A stretch of DNA of 64,000 nt. It comes from Proteromonas lacertae (taxonomy: Eukaryota). A program made the translations under genes and the position numbers. Location of the stretch: assembly GCA_002245135.1 (NCBI GenBank), contig NGBS01000299.1:1-64000 (forward strand), in the 5' to 3' direction. Shown piece after piece: positions 1 through 12,874 of the stretch (position 1 is the first letter of the stretch; every line of letters starts with the position of its first letter). The notes beneath the pieces are model-generated. The model searched no databases and had not been told where the DNA came from. It saw only the letters and a program-made list of their open reading frames with translations.

Positions 1-3000
1 TATTAAATGTAAAAGTGTAGTACAAAAATTAGCAATTGATAAGAAGAAGCCATTTATATATCCCAAACAGAGTTTAGGTCAAGAATGTAATTATTTTACA
101 ATATATACAGGTCTAGTTCCTAATCAATATATGAGTAGATTATTACAATACATATTATCATTAGATGTTATTCAAAATGTCTATTATGTTGGTAATAATG
201 ATAATGATACAATGTTTTTTTTGATATATTTGCTGATGCTTCTAGTGATTATTATTACATCAAAATGACTTATATATAAATGAATCATACAGCTTAAATG
301 TAGATAGAGTTAAATCCAATATATTTTCATATAGGAATAATATAGATGATGTGGTGTTATTATTGTATATTTATCAATTGTAGAAGCTATTCAATTTATG
401 GAAATATGTAGTGATATTAAAATAGACAAATCTAAATGGAATATATTTATAATGAATATAGAGATTGAAGAAATTACTAGTAGTGGTGTATCTTCAGAAA
501 TATTAAATAATATACATATTATTTCTCATTACTTTTCTGATGTAGTTTCTGATGTAAATGAAAAAAACAAAAGAAGTAGTATATCATTATACTGCAGTTG
601 AAAATCCATCTGCCTTGTATATTTCTACATATGTTGGTATAATGTTATTGAAAAATGCAATTGTTGGTATATATGAAAATAGTAACGGCAATATATCAAG
701 TATATATAATTGGGATATACTAAGGAAGAGTATGTATCATAGAACAGTTGAATTTGGTGCAGGAATAATCACATTAGAACCAAATCATCATGTCAATTTA
801 CCTTTTTTCGTAGGGAAATATTCATCAACAGAAAAGAGGTTTATTACTGTTTATTCTAAGTTTGATCATTCTGAAGCAGAGGCTTGGAGTTGGTATTTGC
901 AAGAATATACTGGAAAGCAATGTAATTATGAAGGTAAAGGTGAAATATATGATGTTAAAACCATAAGAATATTATTAGTTGGAAGTATCACTGGTGGAGA
1001 TAGTGAAGAAAATAAGGGTATTGTTGATGTATATCAATTAGTAATTGATGAAGTTAATGAATTAGGAGGAATCAAGGATTTCATCCTAAAAGGTGATATC
1101 TATGATACTCAATCTAATACTAATTATTGTAGTAACTATATACTTCAATATAAAGCAAAATATCATCCATATTTAATACTAGTATCTGCTGAAGAAGAAT
1201 GTATAAAGAAAGTAATAGAGAGTGAAGATGATACATCCTCGTTTTATTTAGTATTAAATCAAGTAAATATTGGTTATTGTAAATCAAATGTTATATTATC
1301 TGGATTTCATCCTACACTTTATGAGAATATTTTAGATGTATTAATAAATAGAGAATATAATAATTATCTGTTAATTGGATCTTCCTATTATCATGTTACA
1401 GGCTTTGTGACTTTGTATTTTAAGAAATACGGATATAAATTCTATGAGCCATTAGTGTTTGATACAAATATAACTAAAGAAAACATTACCGAATATCTAA
1501 ACAAATTCATGTTAACATCACCAAGGAATGAAAGTAACATAATCATATTTGTTGGATATAATCTACAATTCGATGTATTGCAAGAAGTATTAACAAAGTT
1601 GAATCTATCTGAACCATATATGAATGTAATATCATTATATATGTATTATGAGTTAAAGAAAGGCAATATTATTGATTTTGAAGGTGTAACTGGATATAAC
1701 TATCGATCACAAACTAAAGAGAATAAATTATTCATTGAAAATATGCAACAACGTTTAGGTTCAAAAGATGAAATAACAGATGCAATAGAAAGAAGTTATT
1801 CTGCATTTAGATTAATGGTAAAAGCTATGAATGAAAGTTCAGAATTAACATATTTATCAATAAAAGAATCAATATTTAAAGTCAAATATAATTCTCCAGA
1901 AGGGGAAATATCACTTGCAGTGAATCAACAAATGAAAAGAAAAATGATCATTTTTAAAGTAGATAAAAATGATGGTAAAGAAATAATTACATTTCAAACT
2001 GGAAATTATGTAGAACCAATAATATATTACACTATTGATTCAACTTATCCAGTGTGCGATTTTACTGATAAAACGATTGGTGAAAAAGGACTTCCAACTA
2101 CTTATGCAATCGGATTATTATATTCAATGACAGGTGCATGGAAAGGTATTGAAATACAAATATTCCATACGATTCTATTAGGATTATCAGATATAAATGA
2201 AAGAAAATATTTTGGTGATACATATGTTATATATGAATTATATGATACAAAATCAAGTGTAAAAGGTTATGTTGATGGATTTAATTCATTCAAAGCAAAT
2301 GGTAATATTTTGTATGTATTTGGAGGATCAAATCATGAGACATATCAAGCATTACTTCCATTATTCGAAAAGGTTAGAAAAATATTCATTTATACTGGAA
2401 TTAATTATAATACTGAGTGTTATGCTCATACATTTTCAGTTTCAAAACATCCATCACAAATAGCTGAAGCTAGTTTACATTATCTAATAGAATCAACTAC
2501 AAATGTAGTATTATTACATTCTGAGAAATCTGAATATTCTAAAGTGGTCTATAAATGGATTTATAATAGGTTTACTAATGTATCAATGGGGATTATTGGT
2601 AATATAGAGTATACAACAGCTAATTATGCAGTTCATTCAATAAATACAGTATTAAGAAATGGTGGTTATATTTTGAATATATTATCTGATGAAAAAGAGA
2701 ATTTAAATTTCTTTAATGAAATGTGTAAATCAAATCTATTACCAAATAAATACAAGGTTATAAGTGTATTAATAGATGAAAATTTAATACATAAAGTTGA
2801 TAATATGAAATGTATGAAAGGAAATGTGTTGTTAGATACATATTTTGAGTCATTAGGAAATAAAGCATTGAATAAAATTGGTGTTATTAATTTATCAACT
2901 TCATTTAATATTGCATTACATTCCTATTTAGGATCAAATATAAGAATAACAAGTTTACATGAAAGTGCATATTCTGGATTATTAATATGGTCAAATACAA

Positions 3001-5539
3001 TTAGTAAGCTAAGTACAGCAGATCAATATGATATTACCAAAATTATTGGTATATTTACCATATCCAATTCAGTTCCATCGGATTCAGTAGATGTTGAAAA
3101 GAATAATTTACTTTCTAGAAGAATGTATGCTGCTACTGTAACTCCAAATAATCAATTATTAATTGAATATGGTCCAAAAGGTGTATTTTATCCTGAATTG
3201 TTTAATCAATACACTAATACAACAGGATGGTTTTGTGATGTAACAAGAACTAATCAGGAATATAGTTACTATAGTTATCCACTATATATTGCATTTATAC
3301 ATGAAAAAGATGTAGGTGTGAAAACTGAAATATATATGTCATTAGTAGAAGATGCAACAATTAGAGATATTAATGATAATGGTGGTGTATTGAATCATAG
3401 ATTAATTGGTGTTCATTTCTTCCCTTCTAAACATCTAATATTTGCTAAAGCTCGTGAAATTACTCTCAGTAATCAATATCAAATTATAATTGGTTGTATG
3501 ACATCTTATTGCAGAGATGAAGTTAGTAGATATGTTAATAGAAATGATAATGATATGTTATTCATTGATACAGGTAGAGATAATGGCAATGCATGTTATA
3601 GAAAGACAGTTATAACTGGAACAACAATGGCTCAAAAATTACCTTTATTATTGGATTATTTAAACAATGTTGGTATTCATAATATAATAATTATTGGTTT
3701 GAATGATGCTTATTCTGTTATAGAAGCTAATGAGATTTATAATAAGACAATTGATGCTGGTTATAATATTGAAGGAATATTTTATTGTTCGCCATACAAT
3801 AAAGAAGAAATAGCAAAGATTATGTCGAATATTACTGATATTATTAGTAGAATTGGTAGAGTAGGAGTGTTTAATTTATTTGAATCAAATCAGAATCAAG
3901 TTTTAAGCGAATATTTAGTAGCTTTTGGTGCTAGATTTAACGTTTTTAATATGATTTTCTTTAACTTTGAACCATTTGAGTTTACTGATGATATGTTAGT
4001 TCAATTAACAGGATCTTTTGTTGTTTCATCATATTCTACTGTTTTATCTGAAACAACAAGTGATACATTCAGTTATACACTTAGTACAGAATTTACAAAA
4101 TACAGTCAAATGTCTGAAAGTATAGAATCAGCTTATGTAGCAATAAAGTTGTGGGAATCTGCATTAGAATATGCTTCAACACAAACAAAAGAAGAAATAC
4201 CAAGTAGAGCTTATCTTCGTCTGAGTTATTTTAATGTCAGACTTACAGCACCATCTGGAGCAGTAAATGTCCAACATAACAATCATTTATCTAAAAGTGT
4301 AACATTATTTAAAATTAATAATGATAATCTTGATTTAGTAACACCAAGAAAAGGAGTAAAATATTATCCACCTGATATATTATATGGAGTTCAATCTTGC
4401 GATTGTACTTTTGATAAAGATGAATTTGAATATCTATATAATGATGCAATTGGTGCAATAGTAATAGTGTTAGCTGTTATTAACTATCTATTAGCATGCT
4501 TTGTATCAACATTAGTACAATTATATAAACATACAAAAGTAATAGTTAGTGCAAGTCCAGCATTTATTAATTATGCTTTATTTGCATTAGCATTAATTTC
4601 TACTGAAGGATTAATGTTTACATTTAGACCAACAGAGGTTTGGGTTTGTATTGTAAGAGTATGGGGATTAGCATTAAGTATTTTACTCTTATTCAGTATA
4701 ATATTTTCAAAAGCATGGAGAATTAATAAATTATTTAACAATAAGCAATTGGCAAGAGTTAAAATATCTAACAAACAGTTATTACAGATGATTGGTTTGA
4801 TGATGTTTTGTGAATTGGTTTATTTGACAATTTGGTGGGTTGTAGATCAAAGTAAACCTACTTTAAGATTAGGTATTTCTCATTCAAATTTTTTAGAGAA
4901 TGTGTATTTGGTGGAATGCACTCAGAATGATTATTTTGTGTATAATATATTTATATTTATATTTATATTTATTTAAATAGAATTATTCAAGTATTGTTAT
5001 TGTTGTTTTTATTTTGTTATGGTGGTAAATTGGCTTGGAATGTTAGAAATGCTGCTTCTGAATTCAATGAATCAATGTCTTTAGCAATGACAATAGCATT
5101 GATATGTATTGCAGGAATAATTGAAGTTCCATTAAATTACTTAATGATTGATAATCCAGACGTATTATTGATTTTTAGAGGTATTGGAATTGAAATATGC
5201 ACATTATTCATCATAGTGATTCAATTTGGTTCAAAATTGACATATATATGGGTTAATGAAATTAGAACAACAGGAGGATCTTCTTTAAGTGGTCCTACAG
5301 ATAATTCTGGTAAAAGTGGGTCGAAAACAAATCTAGCTTATCAAAGAAATAATGCAAGAAATGCATCAGGAGTAAATTATCCTATTGAACCAGATATATT
5401 GAAGTGTAGTGATTTGACTTTATGTTCATTATCAAATCCAGAGTTATTCTTCTTAGAAGCAACAACTAATAGTTGTATTTGTAAAAACTCTAGAAAAGCA
5501 TCATCAACTTTAATTGCTCAACCACTCAATTGTGTGTAA
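1..5539 (+). CDS. Class C (GABA-B/mGluR-like) GPCR with at least 4 tandem UrtA/AmiC-type periplasmic-binding domains; 5' end lies outside the window
   Basis: 7TM motifs VIVSASPAF, CIVRVWGLALS, FSKAWRINKLF and AWNVRNAASEFNES. Intron 4940-4980 joins ORF 558-4976 to ORF 4994-5539 in frame. PBP starts: IRILLVGSITG..IDEVNELGGI (~960), AIGLLYSMTG..DINE (~2106), IAFIH..DINDNGGVLN (~3288). Bases 2-210 read PFIYPKQSLGQECNYFTIYTGLVPNQ (UrtA-like). Homopolymer frameshifts lie between ~215 and 567. Confidence 0.88.
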
Positions 5540-5612
5540 ATTAATATGGTATTATTTTGTTTGTTATGGAAATATTTTTTAAGGATAAAAATTATAAAAT
5601 AATTAAAAAAAT

Positions 5613-7343
5613 TCACTCTATTTTATCTTCAATTTTCTTAGATTCTTTTATATAACTAGCATTCTCTAAATCTAATACTGTTTCCTTCATTTTCTCTTTA
5701 TTTGTTAAATCAATACAACATTTCAATCCTATTTTTTCTGCCATTCCATTAACTCTCTTCAAATACTCAATCTTTTGTTCTGGTTTTAATATTGTCATAT
5801 GTCTAACACTTTCCAAAGTAACACAACAATCAGGTTTTAATAAATTCACAATTTCAGGATTATCCAATAAATGAACACTTACATTTGAAAATACGACACG
5901 ATGGAATAAATGATTAAATCTTTTCTTCTTATACATATTATTAAAATCTCCTGTGATGAAAAACACTTTAATATTATCAAATGATTGGATGATTTCTAAA
6001 GCTGTCATTTCAGCTCTTTTTTCTTTCTCTTTTAATAAATCTTCTTCTTCTTCTTCTTTTGTTTCTGTATTTTCTTCTTCTTCCTTTATTGTATTTAATT
6101 TATTAATATTCTCTTTTGGAAGTTCAGGAGTATCTTTACTTGCAGATGGTGGTGTTGGAGTTGATTTATCTTCTCTCATATCCTTAGGTTCTTCATTCTT
6201 TTCATCATCATTCAAACCACTAAATATCTATTAATAACAAATATAATAATAATAATAATATACATCATGTTCTTTTCTCATTTTATAGATTCTACCTGTT
6301 TCAATCTCAGTAAAATAACACAACAAATTATATACACTAACTTCACAACAATTATGTCTCCATTGTTCAGCTCCAGTACCTTTATTCAAAACTAAAAACA
6401 AATCCTTAGCATAATTATTAGACTTATAACAATCAATACCAAATGTAATATAAGGAGAAATAGTAATATCAGTCCATAAACCTCTTCTTAATAACGCTTT
6501 TCCTCTCTCATGACCTTCACAATAAGATATCATTGTTCTATTTGGCTTGTTATAGACTTGATCACCAAATTCAAATCCTATTCCTGTTGTTCTCCATGTC
6601 TTATAAAGTTTCTTATGAATTATACCTGCTGTATCATGCACACCATTCATATTGTAATCCCAATCGATTAGATTAGTTCTATTATCATATCTGTCTCTGT
6701 AGGAATGACGTAATCTGTCATCATATAGTCGTTCTATATCACATGGTATTCTTGAATCGTATGACTTTAATACTTCTTCTATCTCATCTTTTTCTTTATA
6801 TTTTAGACAGGAAAAATCGACAATATCATTAAGAAAACCTTGATTATTGCATAATAGGTTGATTAATGATTTAGATTGTTGATATACATATGATTCAGTT
6901 CTTTCCTACAATTAAATATAGAAACATGAATGTTTATATACTTGTAACAGTATATTTCCATATACTTCTAACCATGTGTTTATTCTAGTTCGAATAGGCA
7001 TTGACCAGTCTGTAGCAATTTGCATCATTAGTAAATCTTTGGTAATTACTTCAATTGGTTTGTCATAAATATAGAAATGAATAGCTTGATTTCCATGCAA
7101 TCTACGCCTTTCAGAAATGGTCTTTAGAATATGTCTAATATCACCTGGTTCTACTAATAAAATATTGTAAGGCTCATCTTCATGCTGTACTATTTAATTG
7201 ATATACTTAATTGGATTATACAAGGGAATTGATTGTACAATTGAGGAGTTTCATATAAATTCATAGCAGGAGAGAACCCCCACATGTGATGTACTCCAAT
7301 ATTTAGATCAGCCTATAGAAATAAACACTTCATCAAATACCAT
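5613..7343 (-). CDS. DNAAF3: Dynein axonemal assembly factor 3 (PF22; DUF4470/DUF4471)
   Basis: Spliced reading M|ADLNIGVHHMWGFSPAMNL, NILLVEPGDIRHILKTIS, YRDRYDNRTNLIDWDY, WRTTGIGFE, PNRTM, RGLWTDITISPYITFGI. Several short GT-AG introns. Confidence 0.88.
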
Positions 7344-7395
7344 TTTAAAAACAAAAATAAGAAACGGATTAGTGAAACGGATAGATCTATAAAAA

Positions 7396-7870
7396 ATGCA
7401 TAGAGGAAATGAAGCGTTTATGAAAATAATTAATTCTCCTATAAGTGGTGATGATAATGAAAACGGCCATAATAAGAAGGGAATTAACAAACAAATTGAT
7501 TCTACAAATAATAGCTTAGAAACAACTATCATAAATGATAAAAAAGAATGTGATGATGCTAGCGTAAATAAGAGTAGCAGTGGTGAGATATTTTGTGAGA
7601 AAGAAAGGAATGAAAAAGAAATACCAAGTAACATAACTTCAGCATCAGTAACACCACCAAGAAGTAATTTATTTCCTCCTCCTCCTCCTTCTTCCCCATC
7701 CACAACAAAACCATCAAAACCAAGTAATTTATTTGGTATATCAAATCCATCTACTTCTTCTTCTTTACCTTCTGCTTCATTAAATAGTGGTTTATTTGGG
7801 AATATATCTCAATCAAGAACAATATAAACTTCATTGTTTGGATGATCTCAGCCAACCAATGTTATTTAAT
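7396..7870 (+). pseudogene. Low-complexity ORF with xLFG repeats running into a stop-containing degenerate copy of the Nup98 N-terminus
   Basis: SNLFG and GLFG repeats. 7819-7862 matches 16161-16204 at 38/44 nt, with two TCA codons changed to TAA and TGA. Confidence 0.45.
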
Positions 7871-8169
7871 AACACAAAAACAAAAATTAAAATTCTTCAA
7901 AGCTTGATAATAGTTTGTGCACGATAAGAATTTTCTAAGTGCTTTTTGTGACTTTAAATAGATTTTTCTCAATAACTATAAGGAATAAAATAGTAAAAAT
8001 TTGTCAAACGATGTATCATGCTTTGAGCTTTATCATAGTATACTTAGTTTCATAATTACCTCTTTCATGTCATTCGTCTGTTTTTGATATGTTACATTAT
8101 AATTGAATAACAACAAACATAAATAATAACATTGATATATTTTTATTTGATTTATATCATTTATTAGCT

Positions 8170-10020
8170 TTAAAAACTATAATACATCTCGAACTGTACT
8201 GATTTTAAATACCACGTATTTGGCTAATAGGGACTGAAATATGTTAATAAATTTTATACGTAATCACTACCTATATACGATATGTATAGTATAGGAGTAT
8301 TCCAGAAAGGACGATATTAATTTTGACTAGGTAATTGAATGTAATCGTGATATTATGTGATTTTTGATGTATGTGTGTGTAGTTAAATAGAGCCATATTG
8401 CTATTTTTGACTAATTGCTTCTAATTAAGAAGATATCAAAATATTTTTCATACCAGCACTATATGCTGTACTATTATGTTAATCTGAATAGCTAAACCCC
8501 ATAAATACACTGTATAACATATATTATAGATAAATTACTGAATCAATATTCTTCTCCCCTGGAATTCTGTTGCTATTCTAATAAAATAACTATTAAAATA
8601 TAAAAATAACTATAATACTTATATAATCATCTATAATATCTATAAACATAATAACAAATTAAAACATACCAGTATAGCTTAACATGCACGTTGCTGATAT
8701 TCTCTGCCTTTCATCGATTAGTACAATGCTAAACAGCTATAATAAAATATAATATACTAAAATAGTTATACTTTTTCTAATTGTAAAATATAATATATAA
8801 ACTGGATGTTTCTACTGTTCTTCACCTGGAATTCTAATGCAATTCATCTAATGATAATATATAAATAAGAATATACTTTGAATTATTGAAATTATATTCA
8901 ATACTCTACTAACAATATATAAATAAGAATAATATACTAATATACTTGTAAGAATATATTCATTTACCTATTATAAAATAATAAAAATAATACTGGATAT
9001 ACTAACTCAATAATACCACTATATACAAATCCACCAAATGTTATTTTCATATAATGGAGTAAAAACTAATAGAGTAAATAATAGATCAAATACTTCTTAA
9101 ATATAGGATTATCATTAACTTGATTCAATAAATACAATGATTGAACTGTTTCTAAATCAATTAATCCAGGAATAACATCAGCTAAATACTCTTGAATTGG
9201 AGATGGTTTAGAAGCTTCCAAGTTTTTTAATTACTATGAATAAATAAAATAAAATCAGAATATTCGTATCATCATACTTAATTTTGGTGTTCTCATCGAA
9301 TGAATTGTTGTAATTACGATATATGTCTTTTCTACAGTTACTGTTTTGGCAACACCTGAAATCACACCAATTCTTGAATAAACATACCTAATAATTCATC
9401 CTAACAAAAATAATTATAAAAAATATACTAATTCATCTTAGCTTCTTCATCATCAGACTTTACTATTTTATATTATAATAACAATTATACTTATTTGTAT
9501 TTGTTGGATTAATCGTTGATGGTAAACTTGGTTTATATTCTAATTATCCTAGTCTGACACCTAATTTAGATAATAAAATATATGATAATTGCTATAATAC
9601 CAATATGCTAAATTAACAGAAATAGTTGAATTTCCTACTACTTATAACTTCAATAATATGTTGTATATCAAAAGTGCCAAATGTATTAGCAAGGTAAGAG
9701 TTTGTATATGTAGTTGATGAGCTTTAGTAAGACAGACTAAATCAAAGCTGATAGTTGTATTTTTTTCTTCAAATGTTCTTAATTCTTCCCTTAGTTATAA
9801 TATCTTTGATTTTTAATTATTAAAACTTTAATCTAATTAACATATATGATAATATTATACTTCCTTCAACAATTATAATCAATTCCTGCTCTTTGTATTG
9901 TTTTGTCTATTATTTATCTGTAATAACAACACTTGTGCTACCATTGTTATATTCTATATAAAATTATATACTATATATACTCATAACACAACAGAAGAAA
10001 AAAGAATTAATTGTATTTCA
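8170..10020 (-). pseudogene. Decayed intron-dense gene relic, product unknown
   Basis: More than a dozen GTAT...TAG AT-rich intron-like units on the minus strand separate short exon-like blocks (e.g. ASKPSPIQEYLADVIPGLIDLE; SRIGVISGVAKTVTVEKTY). The blocks carry in-frame stops and frameshifts. Confidence 0.5.
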
Positions 10021-10379
10021 AAAATTATATTCGTTTCAGTTTTTAAGTTTTGAGAAATTAAATGAATGTATAAGTTTAGATTATTTTTATTATAGTGAAT
10101 AGGTAATAATATATAGTGTACATGTCAATTTGATGTTTGATTCACATAAAGATGGTTGAAATAAATATCCAAGTAAAAATGTGAAGTGAAAGGTGGTTAA
10201 GAGAAAGTAAATATGCAAATTAATCTATTGGCTATAAAAGTTATTGTCTAAAAAATCAAATTTCAATAGATTCAAGGAATTATTTTATATGTGATTGTAT
10301 TTATACTAATGTTACAACAAATTACTATCATGTGAGTAGAATGAGTATAGTAAGTAATTTTTCGACTTGATTATGCAAA

Positions 10380-12140
10380 TTGTGAATATAGGAAGTGAAG
10401 AGAAGAGAGAATATGATAAACCAAAGAGAATATTACAATCTTCCACATGTTTATACTATTAATTCAGTAGTAAATGTTCGAATTGGATTTGTTTCTTATT
10501 TAGGTTGGATATTACAACAACTAAGATAACACCGAATATGTTATATGCAAAAGTATCATTAGCTAATGATTATTTGAATTACAATATTTGTGATTAAAAA
10601 ACTGATGGATTTTGTGAAATAGTGTTATTATAAACTGATATACAGGTAAAGTGAAAGCTTCCTATGCATTTGATGTATGGTTATTATAATAGAAACAGAT
10701 AATGGTGACTAATACTCATTATCCATTATAAATGTAATAATAGATACCTAAGCCACTGACTATTAGTCAGGATAACGATTTTTCCCCCCTTTGGTTTAGG
10801 TAGTTTTTTATTGATGAATTAATTAATATATACAATAATAAGAAAGTAAATATATATTTTTAAACAGACAAACCATCCATCATCATTACATTGTTAAGAT
10901 TTAATGTTATTATAATTAAAATAATCAATTCATATCTACAAAAGTGGTTCAATATTACTTAAGACAAAATTTAGATAATAAAAATGAAGATTTTCTTTTC
11001 TATAATAATGAAAAAGATGTCATAATGGATAAAGTAATTGATAACTTTCTATTTCTAGCTTTTATATATTTCAGTAAAGTAATTACTACAAATGTAGAAA
11101 GAAATATACCATTGTTTTATAAGTTAATTGATTGTTATAAAAGAATTAATTATAAATACAGAGGTTATAATAGAGAAATTATATTATCCTCAATTCTATA
11201 AAAGTTTTAATGTAATAAAGGGAAAAACAATCAATTATAATAAAAAAATGGTAAGTAGTATTAATGATATAGATTCTATCAATCCATTTTAATTCAAAAG
11301 AAATTATACTAGTAAAAAATCAGTGGAAGATATGGAATATTTGATTTTCCTTATTATTTAACACAAGTTATAATTGATAGAATATTGTCATATAATTATA
11401 CAATACAAAGTAAAGGATATGTTACAAGAGCAAGTAGAAACAATAAATCATCTGTTATAGAGTTTTTGAAAATTAAAGAAACAATTAATGAAGAATATAG
11501 AAAAGGTAACTACATTTTTCAATACCTGTAGAAGATAAAGTTCATTATATTTCACTAGATGAAATAAATATTGATAGTGTAATGAATAGAGGAAAAAGAA
11601 AAAGAAGAGAAAAAGTAATTAATAAGAAGATACACACAATAATAAAAGAATAGATGTAGATAATAATAATATAATTACGAATATGATGATATTGCAGCAG
11701 ATGGTTATGAAGATGAAACAGATAGTTGTGACAATGATGATAATACTAATGATGAAGATTATAATATTCTTAATATTATAACAAAGAATGACATTTCTAA
11801 TAGAAATAATAATGTATATGATGAAGATAGTAATGATGGAGATGAAATTGAATTAGAAATAATGACTGATGATAGAGATAGTGAATATGAAGGTAGAAAT
11901 GGCGATAGTGATAAAGAAAAATTATTTTTATACTTATACTATTTCTTTCTGAAGAATTCTATATCTCAAGATAAAGTAAATAAGTTATTGAAACAATTAA
12001 ACTCAATAGAAACAATAAAGAATTTACATTTAAAAGAAACATTCAAGCCTTTACGAGATTAATTAGCAAATATAGTCATGTTTAAAGATAATAAAAATGT
12101 TAAAATTACAAATTACAATCAAAATGGTAATATTTGAAAT
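10380..12140 (+). pseudogene. Degraded intronless coding relic, possibly DNA-transposon-derived
   Basis: Broken ORFs (10944-11201, 11862-12062) with an acidic tract, then LYYFFLKNSISQDKVNKLLKQL, which loosely resembles the helical segment preceding CACTA/CMC-type transposase cores. No TIRs or DDE motif found. Confidence 0.3.
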
Positions 12141-12874
12141 TATAATTAAATTACATTAAAAGATGACAATTACATGTATTTTTACTTCTTTTACTTTTTT
12201 TATTTTCTCACTTTTCTCTTCATATACTAATGAATGTGTATTAATCTCTCTATTATAAATCAAATAAATGAATATTCATTCTGAAGTTATTTGTAATATA
12301 GGTTGCTTATCACTTTTTCTACAATACTACTTAGATGCTGCATACAACACAATATAAATTATATAATTATACGTTTTAACATTAGATATAACTATATAAC
12401 AACTAATTAGAATAGATCTTCAAATTTTGAAATGTCATTTATATACAAGGAGATATTTTCTTAGCTTTACTCACATAGATTTACAATTTATATATTATCT
12501 ATAATAAAAATTCAAGAACTCTATTAAGTCTTCGGTACAAAGTAATTGCCCAGTGTTTGATAGTTTACTAATAGCAAGCGAATTTAGTTATGAAATATTA
12601 CTTAATTTAGAAATATTGTTGGTTCTGTCGAGTTGGAATTTCTATTAAAAGTCTATCTAAAAAGCATTAAAATTTGATATTTTTAATTTATAGCTAAATA
12701 CAAACTTCAACATGTAATTAATAGATGTGTAGAGTATTGGCTTTTTATTCAAACTTAAAGACAATTAAAAAACGAAAAGAAAATGGTGTTAAAGTCAAAA
12801 TTCAACGAGCCCAGCTTGGGTCAAGTATATAAGTCCTATTTGCAAAATAGATTAGAATTCTTATAGTGTGTTCC

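Noticed and set aside
5558..5565. TGTTTGTT motif, as in Blastocystis polyadenylation-created stop codons
   Set aside because: It follows a gene that already has a genomic TAA, and every gene I could trace has an encoded stop.
7819..10020. Alternative genetic code (TAA/TAG/TGA read-through), suggested by in-frame stops in coding-like sequence
   Set aside because: Intact conserved genes in the window end at TAA, TAG or TGA and have no internal stops. The stops here come with frameshifts, which indicates decay.
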